This document shows, in pieces, positions 35,691 through 45,111 of a stretch of 64,000 nt of DNA. The stretch's first letter is position 1; each line of letters begins with the position of its first letter. A program made the translations under genes and the position numbers. The notes beneath the pieces were generated by a model. It was not told the origin of the DNA, did not search any database, and was given only the letters and a program-made list of their open reading frames with translations. The stretch spans positions 1,391-65,390 of the forward strand of contig QHRW01000115.1 of NCBI GenBank assembly GCA_003220265.1. Reading direction: 5' to 3'. This stretch comes from Candidatus Rokuibacteriota bacterium (GTDB lineage: Bacteria; Methylomirabilota; Methylomirabilia; Rokubacteriales; CSP1-6).

Positions 35691-36364
35691 CAGAGGAGCC
35701 TCCTCAAGAACTGCGCCTTGTCCATGCGCCGCCGCACCGCCTCGGCGTGGCGGCGGTAGGCCTTGCTCGTCGAGCCCGGATGCCAGGTGGAGGGCTTCGG
35801 CAGCGAGGCCGCCAGCAGCGCCGCCTCGTCGTCGCTGACCTCCGCGGCCGGCTTGCCGAAATAGCGCCGGCTGGCGCTCTCCACACCCCACACGCCCGGC
35901 CCGAATTCTACGACGTTCAGGTAGAGCTCGAGGATCCGCCGCTTGCCGAGCGTGCGCTCGAGCTGCCAGGTGAGCACGGCTTCGCGCAGCTTGCGCAGCG
36001 GGTCGCGCGAGGGCGAGAGCCAGAGATTCCGCGCGAGCTGCTGGCTGATGGTGGATGCGCCGCGCGGCAGCTCGCCCTCGCCGAGGGCCTTGCTCAGCGC
36101 CTCGCGGATCTCGCCGGTGTCGAAGCCGCGATGCGAGAAGAAGTTGACGTCCTCGGCCACGAGCACCGCCAGCTTGAGCGAGGGGGCGATGGCCGGGGCG
36201 GCGACCCACGCGCGGTCCACGCGGCCGCTGCGCCCGGCCGTGCGCTCGCGCGTGCGCCAGCGCTCGATGAAGGCGGTGGTCTGCGGCGGCCGGCGGCCCA
36301 CGGCCGCCACGTCGGGCCAGTGCCACGCCTCCCAGGCGATCCAGGCGGCGGCGGCCAGCAGCAC
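35690..36364 (-). CDS. mtgA: Monofunctional biosynthetic peptidoglycan transglycosylase
   Basis: LAVLVAEDVNFFSHRGFD, GASTISQQLARNL, RILELYLNVVEFG (GT51 motifs). The start (GTG 36364) is uncertain. Confidence 0.8.
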   Translation of the reverse strand: MLLAAAAWIAWEAWHWPDVAAVGRRPPQTTAFIERWRTRERTAGRSGRVDRAWVAAPAIAPSLKLAVLVAEDVNFFSHRGFDTGEIREALSKALGEGELPRGASTISQQLARNLWLSPSRDPLRKLREAVLTWQLERTLGKRRILELYLNVVEFGPGVWGVESASRRYFGKPAAEVSDDEAALLAASLPKPSTWHPGSTSKAYRRHAEAVRRRMDKAQFLRRLL

Positions 36365-36414
36365 GACGAGCGCGAGGCGCTTCAGTCCCGTTGACGTGCG
36401 GCGATTGTACCGGC

Positions 36415-36813
36415 TCAGCCTCCGGCGGCGAGCGCGAAGCTTGCCAGGAGCATCGCGAGCACGACCCCGGCGATCAAGGCATAGTCCCGGTCGCCCACCC
36501 GCAGGAAGCCGACGACGGCGGCGGCCACCCCGAGCACCGGCGTGACGAGGAGGCAGACGAGGCCCAGTGCGGTGACGGCGAGGGGATCGGGCGGCCGTTG
36601 CGCGAGGGCGCGGCGCACGTCGCCGAGCGACGTGAAGACGTCGACCGCGCGGCCCGCCTCCCGGTTGTGGATGACCCGAACGATCTCGCGCGCCTGGGGA
36701 TGCCCGTGCGCGGCGTAGATCAGGAGCCCGGCCAGCATGAGCGCGATGCTGACCAGGCCGCCGACCATGAGGATGCGTCCGATCCGGCGGTCGACGGTCC
36801 TCGTCGCCGTCAT
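36415..36813 (-). CDS. DUF1634 domain membrane protein
   Basis: MTATRTVDRRIGRILMVGGLVSIALMLAGLLIY... ATGA overlap with the upstream TauE-like gene. Confidence 0.65.
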   Translation of the reverse strand: MTATRTVDRRIGRILMVGGLVSIALMLAGLLIYAAHGHPQAREIVRVIHNREAGRAVDVFTSLGDVRRALAQRPPDPLAVTALGLVCLLVTPVLGVAAAVVGFLRVGDRDYALIAGVVLAMLLASFALAAGG

Positions 36814-37658
36814 GGCAGCCACAGCCCCAGGCCGCGCAGGATCATCGACACGGCCAGCCAGCCGAGGATCGGCAGGAACGCCTTGCGGATGGTGGTGTTG
36901 CGCAGCCGGGCCATCAGCCGCGTGCCGGCGGCGGCGCCGACGAGGACGCCGATGGCCACGGGCGCGGCCAGCAGCGGATGGATGTCGCCGCGCGCGAAAT
37001 AGATGCCGGCGCTGGCCGCCGACGTGATGCCGATCATGAAGTTGCTGGTGGCCGTGGAGACCTTCATGGGCAACCGCATGAAGTGGTCCATGGCCAGGAC
37101 CTTGAACGCGCCGCTGCCGATGCCGAGCAGCCCCGACAGCAATCCCGCCCCGAGCATGGCCGCGAAGCCCTGGGCCACGCGCATTGCGCGGTACTTCACG
37201 TCGCGATCGAGCACGGCGTCGTAGTAGACGCCCTCCAGGCCGAAGCGGAGGGCGAGCGGATCGGCCTCGGTGGGCTCCGGCAGCTCGATGCGAATCTGTC
37301 GCAGCGTCGCCACCGTCGAGTAGGCCAGCGCGACTCCGAGCAGCAATTGCAACAGCCGGGTCGGCACGACGCCGGCCAGGGCGGCGCCCACCAGCGCGCC
37401 CGCGACGGTGGCCAGCGCCAGGAACAGCCCGATGCGGACGTTGCTCAGGCTCGTCTTGAGGTACGCGGCGGCCGCCCCGCTGGACGTGGCGATCACCGAG
37501 ACGATGCTGGCGCCCATCGCGTAGTGCAGGTCCACGCCGAAGACGAGCGTGAGCACGGGGATCAGCAGGATGCCGCCGCCCAGGCCGAGGAGCGCGCCGG
37601 CGCCGCCGGCCAGCACCGAGGTCGCGAAGATCGCAGCCACGAACGCCAGTGGACTCAC
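36810..37658 (-). CDS. TauE/SafE family sulfite exporter-like membrane protein
   Basis: The GTG start sits in a GTGA overlap. Sequence: SPLAFVAAIFATSVLAGGAGALLGLGGGILLIPVL...GLLGIGSGAFKV. Confidence 0.75.
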   Translation of the reverse strand: MSPLAFVAAIFATSVLAGGAGALLGLGGGILLIPVLTLVFGVDLHYAMGASIVSVIATSSGAAAAYLKTSLSNVRIGLFLALATVAGALVGAALAGVVPTRLLQLLLGVALAYSTVATLRQIRIELPEPTEADPLALRFGLEGVYYDAVLDRDVKYRAMRVAQGFAAMLGAGLLSGLLGIGSGAFKVLAMDHFMRLPMKVSTATSNFMIGITSAASAGIYFARGDIHPLLAAPVAIGVLVGAAAGTRLMARLRNTTIRKAFLPILGWLAVSMILRGLGLWLP

Positions 37659-37966
37659 GAGGTGACCCCACCGCCGATGCGCAGCCGCGTGCCATCGAGT
37701 GCGGCCACGAGTGCGCGGGCGTGGGCCAGGTAGAACGGCTGGAAGAAACCGATGTCGGCGACGGCGCCGAGCGAGTCGAGATCGCGCCGGAACAGGCGCT
37801 CGCCGACACGGTCGACGAGCGCGGCATAGGTGGCGACGCCTTCGCGGGTGACCGTCTGCCAGACCATCCGCGCGTCTTCGTCGTCGGGCGGGCTGCCGAT
37901 CCACGTGATCGGCGCGTCCGCCGGCACAGGAGCACGGGGCGATGCGATCGCTGACTGTCGGTGCAT
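37655..37966 (-). CDS. Hypothetical protein
   Basis: 103-aa ORF coupled by a GTGA overlap to the TauE-like gene. No motif recognised and the start is uncertain. Confidence 0.4.
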   Translation of the reverse strand: MHRQSAIASPRAPVPADAPITWIGSPPDDEDARMVWQTVTREGVATYAALVDRVGERLFRRDLDSLGAVADIGFFQPFYLAHARALVAALDGTRLRIGGGVTS

Positions 37967-38035
37967 GCACGCCTCCCCTGGCGATGCGAGTGCGCTCCGC
38001 CGTCGTGACGGAGCGTGGGAGCGGACGGGAAGGCG

Positions 38036-38317
38036 CTAGCCGCGCGGAGGGACGAACGGCAGACGCACGAGCAGCGGAAGCGCGAGCGTCGTGTCGAGCA
38101 GGCCGAGGCGCGTGAGCGGGCGGACGGACGGGATGCTCGGCGGCGAGGGCAGCGCGCTGGGCGCCGTGCGCCAGCCGCGATCGGGTTGATGCTGCACACG
38201 GGCCGCGTGGTGCTTGCCGCTCGGTGTGGCCGACAGGTCGTCGGCGGCGAAGCCGAGCGCCGGCACGAGCGCCAGCGAAATGATCACCAGGGCGACGATC
38301 AGACGGCCCGCGTTCAT
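38036..38317 (-). CDS. Small secreted hypothetical protein
   Basis: MNAGRLIVALVIISLALVPALGFAA signal peptide. Confidence 0.45.
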   Translation of the reverse strand: MNAGRLIVALVIISLALVPALGFAADDLSATPSGKHHAARVQHQPDRGWRTAPSALPSPPSIPSVRPLTRLGLLDTTLALPLLVRLPFVPPRG

Positions 38318-38327
38318 CGCCTCCAGT

Positions 38328-39815
<1,488 letters not shown>

Positions 39816-39830
<15 letters not shown>

Positions 39831-40110
39831 CGCGCCGCTGATCGCGGAGCGCCACGGCCTGGCCGGGGCGCTCCGAGCGCGGGGGGGCGTGGGGGGCCAT
39901 TTCGGGGCCCCCCACGACGGGCGGTGAAGCGGGTCATCGCGCCGGTGATCGCGGAGCCCCCCGGCGTGGCCGGGGCGCTCCGAGCGCCGGGGGGCATGGG
40001 GGCCATTTCGGGGCCCCCCACGACGGGCGGTGAAGCGGGTCATCGCGCCGGTGATCGAGGAGCGCCGCGGCTTGGCCGGGGCGCTCCGAGGGCCGGGGGG
40101 GCGTGGGCAT
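39816..40110. repeat. Tandem array 2 of the two-hairpin repeat family (107 + 106 nt units plus one 5'-truncated unit), in opposite orientation to arrays 1 and 3
   Basis: On the plus strand, units start with GGTGAAGCGG(C/G)TCATCGCGCC at 39816, 39923 and 40029. Hairpin 2 is at 39846-39874. Hairpin 1 is GTGGGGGGCC-ATTTCGG-GGCCCCCCAC. Confidence 0.9.
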
Positions 40111-40326
40111 CTCGCCGCCGGCCGCGCTCATCACGGCCTGGATGTTGGCGCACACCTGGCGGAACTGGGCCACGACGTCGCCCTTGCCCACCACGACGTT
40201 GTTGCCGTCGCGCGCGACCTGGCCGGCGATGAACACGAGGCGGCCGTGCTTGACCTCGAAGCCGTACGAGAAGCCCTGCGGCTTCGGCAGCGTGCGGGGC
40301 AGCACCGACGAGATGTGGTCCTTCAT
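39934..40326 (-). pseudogene. ridA: RidA/YjgF family gene truncated after about residue 73 and fused in frame to repeat-derived sequence
   Basis: MKDHISSVLPRTLPKPQGFSYGFEVKHGRLVFIAGQVARDG...QFRQVCANIQAVMSAAGGEM is RidA-like. From 40107 downward the ORF reads through repeats as PTPPRPSERPGQAAALLDHRRDDPLHRPSWGAPKWPP... Confidence 0.7.
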
Positions 40327-40327
40327 G

Positions 40328-41125
40328 TCATGTTCCCCTCCATTGGGGCGAGCCGTCGAGCACGACGGTCTCGCCGTTGAGCGTGGCGTCGCGCAGCAGC
40401 CTCAGCGCGGCGTCGGCGACTTCCTGGGGCTCGATGAGCCGGCCGCCCGGGTTCATCTGCGCGAGCGAGGCCACCGCGTCGTCGAACGAGCGGCCCGTCT
40501 TGGCCACGATGTTGCGCGCGCCGTTCCACACCATGTCGGTCGCGACGAAGCCCGGACAGATCGCATTGACGGTGACGCCCTTGCCGCTGACCTCGGTGGC
40601 GAGCGCGCGCGTGAGGCCGACCAGCGCGTGCTTGGAGGCCGTGTAGGCCGCAACGTACGGCGAGCCGACGAGCCCGGCCAGCGAGGCCACGTTGATGACG
40701 CGCCCCCAGCCGCGCTCCAGCATGCCGCCGAGCACCGCACGCGTGGCCAGGTACGGCCCGGTGACGTTGACGCGCAGGTGCCGCTCCCACATCTCGGGCG
40801 TCGTCCGGGCGAAGGGCGCCGACTCCGCGACGCCGGCGTTGTTGACGAGCACGTCGATCGGCCCCAGCTTGGCCACCGCCTGGGCGACGCCGGCCTCCAG
40901 CGAGGCGGCGTCGGCGACGTCGAGCGCGACGGCGACCGCGGAGGCGCCGGCTCCGCGGATCTCTGCCGCCGCCGCCTCCGCCTCTTCGAGGCCGCGGGCC
41001 GCCACCGCGAGCGCGAGCCCCTCGCGGGCCAGGACGCGCGCGATGGCGCGGCCGATGCCCCGACTGCCGCCGGTCACGAGCGCGACGCGTGCCGTCACGG
41101 CCTCACGGTAACACGCGGCGCGCAC
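40328..41125 (-). CDS. SDR family oxidoreductase (FabG-like)
   Basis: ALVTGGSRGIGRAIA, NNAGV, YAAYTASKHAL (YxxxK). The start is either GTG 41125 or an internal GTG. Confidence 0.85.
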   Translation of the reverse strand: MRAACYREAVTARVALVTGGSRGIGRAIARVLAREGLALAVAARGLEEAEAAAAEIRGAGASAVAVALDVADAASLEAGVAQAVAKLGPIDVLVNNAGVAESAPFARTTPEMWERHLRVNVTGPYLATRAVLGGMLERGWGRVINVASLAGLVGSPYVAAYTASKHALVGLTRALATEVSGKGVTVNAICPGFVATDMVWNGARNIVAKTGRSFDDAVASLAQMNPGGRLIEPQEVADAALRLLRDATLNGETVVLDGSPQWRGT

Positions 41126-41126
41126 G

Positions 41127-41555
41127 TCACCTCCGCGTGAGGGTCACCGGCTGGCAAGGCGTCAGGCGGCTCGGCGGAACGCTCGGCGCCAGCGTCTCCC
41201 GCATCGCATCGCAGAGCGCCGCCGTCGGCATGACGACGCCCCAGGCGTCCTCCGCTTCCACGGCCCAGGCGTAGCCGCCGGCGGCCATGGCGGCCGCATA
41301 GCAGTCGGTCAGGACCCTGGTGCGCGTGAAGGGCTGGCGCTCGGGCGCCGTGGAGGTCTCGGCCGCGCGCTCGGCCGAGCGGCGCTCGCGGCACGTCGCT
41401 TCCGTCGTCGCGTAGACGAAGTAGCGCCGCCCGAGGTACGTCGCGACGTCGAAGGCGTACACCGAACGCGAGCCCGGCGGCAGCGGAGCGGGGGAGGCAC
41501 AGCCGACCAGCCACGCCAGCAGCGCGACGGCGGCGCCGCGCGCGGCGCGCGTCAG
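41127..41555 (-). CDS. Hypothetical lipoprotein, probably initiated at CTG
   Basis: The frame of ORF 41127..41462 stays open upstream and encodes (M)TRAARGAAVALLAWLVGCASP, a perfect lipoprotein signal. No ATG or GTG is available. CTG 41555 forms a CTGA overlap with the upstream stop. Confidence 0.5.
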   Translation of the reverse strand: MTRAARGAAVALLAWLVGCASPAPLPPGSRSVYAFDVATYLGRRYFVYATTEATCRERRSAERAAETSTAPERQPFTRTRVLTDCYAAAMAAGGYAWAVEAEDAWGVVMPTAALCDAMRETLAPSVPPSRLTPCQPVTLTRR

Positions 41556-41737
41556 GGACTCTCCACGCAGAAGAGGAAGAACAGCGGGCGCGTGCTGCCC
41601 TCGTTGGGATCGCTGAGACAGCGCGTGCGCGGCGCCCGGCTCTGGCGCGGCGGCGGTTGCAAGCCGCTCGCGCAGCCGGTGACGGCGGCGAGGAGGACCA
41701 GAAGGAGCAACCGCCGCGTCCAGCTCACGCGCGGCAT
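41552..41737 (-). CDS. Small lipoprotein (61 aa)
   Basis: MPRVSWTRRLLLLVLLAAVTGCAS lipobox. This is the tail of the spurious 487-aa ORF 41552..43015. Confidence 0.55.
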   Translation of the reverse strand: MPRVSWTRRLLLLVLLAAVTGCASGLQPPPRQSRAPRTRCLSDPNEGSTRPLFFLFCVESP

Positions 41738-41785
41738 TTTATCGCCCGCCGGGGCTGGTCGGAAGGTGTATATAGCGGGCCAGCC

Positions 41786-43063
41786 ATGGCGCGGGGATTC
41801 GTGACGACGTCGCCGAGCGAGGCCGTGCAGCGGCTCGCGCCGGGCATGAAGGTGCTGCTGCCACCCGGCTGCGGCGAGCCGCGCGCGCTCGTCGCCGAGG
41901 TGTGTCGGCAATCCGAGCGGCTGCGGGATCTCACGCTGATCGGCGGTATCCACCTCGGCGATTTTCCATGGGCGCGGCCCGAGCACGCCGCGCTCCGCTA
42001 CGCCACGTGGCACATGTCGCCGCGGCTCGAGGACGCGCGGCGCCGCGGGCGCGTCGACTTCGTGCCGCTGCGCTACTTCGATCTCGTCACCGAGTTCGCG
42101 CGCGGCGGCCGCTGGGCGCCCGACGCCGTCCTCGTGCAGACCGCGCCGCCCGACGCGCGCGGCTACCTGAGCCTGGGCGTGTCGGTGAGCGTCGCGCTGC
42201 CCGCCGCGCGCACGGCGCCGCTGGTGATCGCGCAGGTCAATCCGCGTATGCCCCGCGCGCGCGGCAACGGCGTCCTGCACACGAGCCAGGTGGACGTGTG
42301 CGTGGAGGTGGACGAGGCCCTCGCGGAGTATCCGCCGCCCGTCGTTGGCGACGTCGAGCGCGCCATCGGCGGCCACGTCGCCGCGCTCGTGCCCGACGGG
42401 GCCGTCGTCCAGGTCGGCGTCGGCGCCATCCCGCAGGCGGTGCTCGAAGGCCTGGGCGGTCACCGCGATCTCGCCCTGCACTCGCTGCTGGTGGACGCCG
42501 GCGTGGCGCTCGTCGAGCGCGGCGTGGTGACGGCGGCGCGCAAGAGATTCCATCGCGGCCGCCTGGACCTGGCCGAGGCCATGGGCACGCGGCGTACGTT
42601 CGACTTCCTGCACGACAACGTCGCCGTCAACATGGAGTCCTCGGCCTTCACCCACGATCCGGAGGTGGTGGCGCGACTCGACCGCTTCGTGGCGATCAAC
42701 TCCGCGCTGGAGATCGATCTCACGGGCCAGGTCACCGCGGAGAGCCTGGGCGCGCGGCAGGTGGCGGGCATCGGCGGCCAGTTCGACTTCGTCCTGGGCG
42801 CCTCGCGCTCGGCCGGCGGGGCCTCGATCATCGCGCTGCCCTCGACGGGTGGCCGCGACGGCGCGCTGTCGCGCATCGTTCCGCGCTTGACGACCGGCGC
42901 GGCGGTGACGACGCCGCGGTTCCTGGCGGACTGGGTGGTGACGGAGCACGGGGCGGCGCGGGTGCGGGGATTGTCGGATCGCGCGAGAGCCACGGCACTG
43001 ATCGCCGTGGCCCATCCGCGATTCCAGGGAGAGCTGGAGCGTGCGCTCGCTACTTCTTCTTAG
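41786..43063 (+). CDS. Acetyl-CoA hydrolase/transferase family protein (4-hydroxybutyrate CoA-transferase-like)
   Basis: MARGFVTTSPSEAVQRLAPGMKVLLPPGCGEP..., INSALEIDLTGQV, GIGGQFDF. Internal ATG of ORF 41657..43063. Confidence 0.8.
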   Translation: MARGFVTTSPSEAVQRLAPGMKVLLPPGCGEPRALVAEVCRQSERLRDLTLIGGIHLGDFPWARPEHAALRYATWHMSPRLEDARRRGRVDFVPLRYFDLVTEFARGGRWAPDAVLVQTAPPDARGYLSLGVSVSVALPAARTAPLVIAQVNPRMPRARGNGVLHTSQVDVCVEVDEALAEYPPPVVGDVERAIGGHVAALVPDGAVVQVGVGAIPQAVLEGLGGHRDLALHSLLVDAGVALVERGVVTAARKRFHRGRLDLAEAMGTRRTFDFLHDNVAVNMESSAFTHDPEVVARLDRFVAINSALEIDLTGQVTAESLGARQVAGIGGQFDFVLGASRSAGGASIIALPSTGGRDGALSRIVPRLTTGAAVTTPRFLADWVVTEHGAARVRGLSDRARATALIAVAHPRFQGELERALATSS

Positions 43064-43280
43064 CGAGGTCGATCTGCTCGAAGATCTCCTCGTCGGTCGG
43101 GAAGCGGTAGTTGTCCTTGTTCGTGTAGGCGGTCCGGCCGTCGATGAAGACCTCGAAGATCCCGCCCACGCCTTCCTTCAGGCGAGCGGTGATGCCGTAC
43201 TTGTCCTTGATGGAGGCCTGCAGACTGGAGGCCTGGGGGAGGTAGTTTCACTCCCCGCAATACAGGATCTCGATGTCCAT
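43050..43280 (-). CDS. SelW/Rdx-family selenoprotein (76 aa) with in-frame TGA (Sec) at 43248-43250
   Basis: Own translation: MDIEILYCGE-U-NYLPQASSLQASIKDKYGITARLKEGVGGIFEVFIDGRTAYTNKDNYRFPTDEEIFEQIDLAKKK*. It has a CxxU redox motif, and GGGAGGG lies 6 nt upstream of the ATG. The ORF track misses it because of the TGA. Confidence 0.75.
43215..43233 (-). other. Putative bacterial SECIS stem-loop downstream of the UGA
   Basis: The mRNA GGCCUCCAGUCUGCAGGCC starts 16 nt after the UGA. It forms GGCCU/AGGCC plus a C-G pair, with an apical loop containing GU. Confidence 0.4.
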
Positions 43281-43331
43281 GCTCAGCCCTCCCGCGGATG
43301 ATGTGGTAACGCCATTGTATATGACGGTTCC

Positions 43332-44197
43332 ATGACAAAAGGGGATTCCGTGCTCGCCCTGATCGACACCGACCCGGGCATCGACGACGCCCTGGCCCTG
43401 CTGTACGCCTGGGGCTCGCCCGGGTGCCGCCTGGCCGGCCTCACCACCGTGGCCGGCAACGTGGAGGTGGCCGACGCCACCCGTAACCTCTTTCGCCTGC
43501 TGGCGCTGCGGCGGCCGGCGCCCATCCCCGTGGTCGCCCAGGGTGCGGCCCGGCCGCTGGCGCGCGCGCTGGTGACGGCTAAGGGCTACCACGGCGACGA
43601 CGGCCTCGGCGGCCTCCTCGACTGGCCGCCGGTCGAGACGACGCTGTCGGACCTCGATGGCGCCGACTTCATCCTCGACGCCCTGCGTCGTGCGCGCGAG
43701 CCACTGACCCTCATTGCGCTGGGCCCGCTCACCAACGTCGCGCTCGCGCTGGCGCGCGACCGCGTCACGCTCGGGCGCGTCAGTCGCCTCGTCATCATGT
43801 CGATCCCGAGGCGGCGGCCCAGGTGCTGGAGGCCGGGCTTCCGATCGACCTCGTGTCGCTCGATGCCACGCGCCAGGCCCTGCTGCCGCGCGGGGACCTC
43901 GAGGCGACGCTGGCGCGGCGCCCCGGGCCGTTCGCGACCCGCTGCGCGGCCTTCACGCTGCGCGGCTTCAGCATGGACGCGGCGCGCGGCACGCCGGGCA
44001 TGGTGCTGCACGATCCGCTCGCCGTCGCCGTCGCGCTCGATCCGACGCTGGTCACGTGGGACGAGGCGCGCATCGCCGTCGCCGCCGACGGCACCAGCCG
44101 CCGCGCGCCGGGCGCCCCGAACTGTCGCGTGGCCGGCGTCGTCGACGTCAAGCGCGTGGTCGGCAATCTGCTGGAGCGCCTGTGCCCCGCGTCCTGA
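43332..44197 (+). pseudogene. Nucleoside hydrolase (IunH/RihA family) disrupted by an internal deletion and frameshift near 43799
   Basis: The N-terminal part reads LALIDTDPGIDDALALLYA...LTLIALGPLTNVALAL...RLVIM. The conserved GG...AEFN segment is missing. The sequence then continues in another frame as VDPEAAAQVLEAGLPIDLVSLDAT...VLHDPLAVA... to the stop at 44197. Confidence 0.7.
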
Positions 44198-45102
44198 TCG
44201 TCGGCTCGGCCAACGTGGATTTCACCGTCGCGCTGCCGCGGCTGCCACGGGCGGGCGAGACGGTCAGCGAGGGCACGCTGCTCGTCGCCCGCGGCGGCAA
44301 GGGCGCCAACCAGGCGGTGGCAGCGCGACGGCTCGGCGGCGAGGTGCGGCTGATCGCCTGCGTGGGTGACGACGCCTCCGGCCGCGAGGTGAAGACGGCG
44401 CTGGCCGGCGAGGGGATCGCCGTGGAGGCGATCGCCACGACGTCGAGCGCGGCCACCGGCACGGCGCTGATCGTGGTGGACGCCGAGGGCCGCAACCAGA
44501 TCGCCGTCGCCCCCGGCGCCAACCGCGCGCTGACGCCGGCCGACGTGGACGCGCGCGCCGCCGACTTCGCCTGGGCCGAGGTGGTCGTCTGCTCGCTCGA
44601 GGTGGAGCTGGGCTGCGCGCGGCGCGCGTTCGAGCACGCGCGCCGCCACGGCGCGCTCACGATCCTGAATCCGGCGCCGCTGCCCGACCGCGGTCTCGAC
44701 TTCCTCGATCTCGCCGACTACGTCACGCCCAACGAGAGCGAGGCCGCGCGGCTGACCAGCCTGCCCGTGCAGGACGCGGACAGCGCGGCGAAGGCCGCCG
44801 CGGCCATCCGCGCCCTCGGCGCCATGCGCGTGATCGTCACCCTCGGCGCGGCGGGCGCGCTTGCCGACGGACCCGAAGGTCGCGTGCACGCGCCGGCGCC
44901 GCGCGTCACCGCGGTGGACACCACGGGCGCCGGCGACGCGTTCAACGGCGCGCTGGCCGTGGCGCTGGCCGAGCGCCGCTCGCTGGGCGCCGCGCTCGCG
45001 TTCGCCAACACGGCGGCTGCGCTCGCCTGCACCAAGCGCGGCGCCCAGCCCTCGATGCCGGTGCGCGCGGAGGTCGAGCGGAGCCTCGCCCGCTCGTCCT
45101 GA
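44182..45102 (+). CDS. rbsK: Ribokinase
   Basis: GTG start. VPRVLIVGSANVDF...GGKGANQAVAA...PNESEA...DTTGAGDAFNGALA. Confidence 0.85.
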   Translation: MPRVLIVGSANVDFTVALPRLPRAGETVSEGTLLVARGGKGANQAVAARRLGGEVRLIACVGDDASGREVKTALAGEGIAVEAIATTSSAATGTALIVVDAEGRNQIAVAPGANRALTPADVDARAADFAWAEVVVCSLEVELGCARRAFEHARRHGALTILNPAPLPDRGLDFLDLADYVTPNESEAARLTSLPVQDADSAAKAAAAIRALGAMRVIVTLGAAGALADGPEGRVHAPAPRVTAVDTTGAGDAFNGALAVALAERRSLGAALAFANTAAALACTKRGAQPSMPVRAEVERSLARSS

Positions 45103-45111
45103 TTTTTCGGG

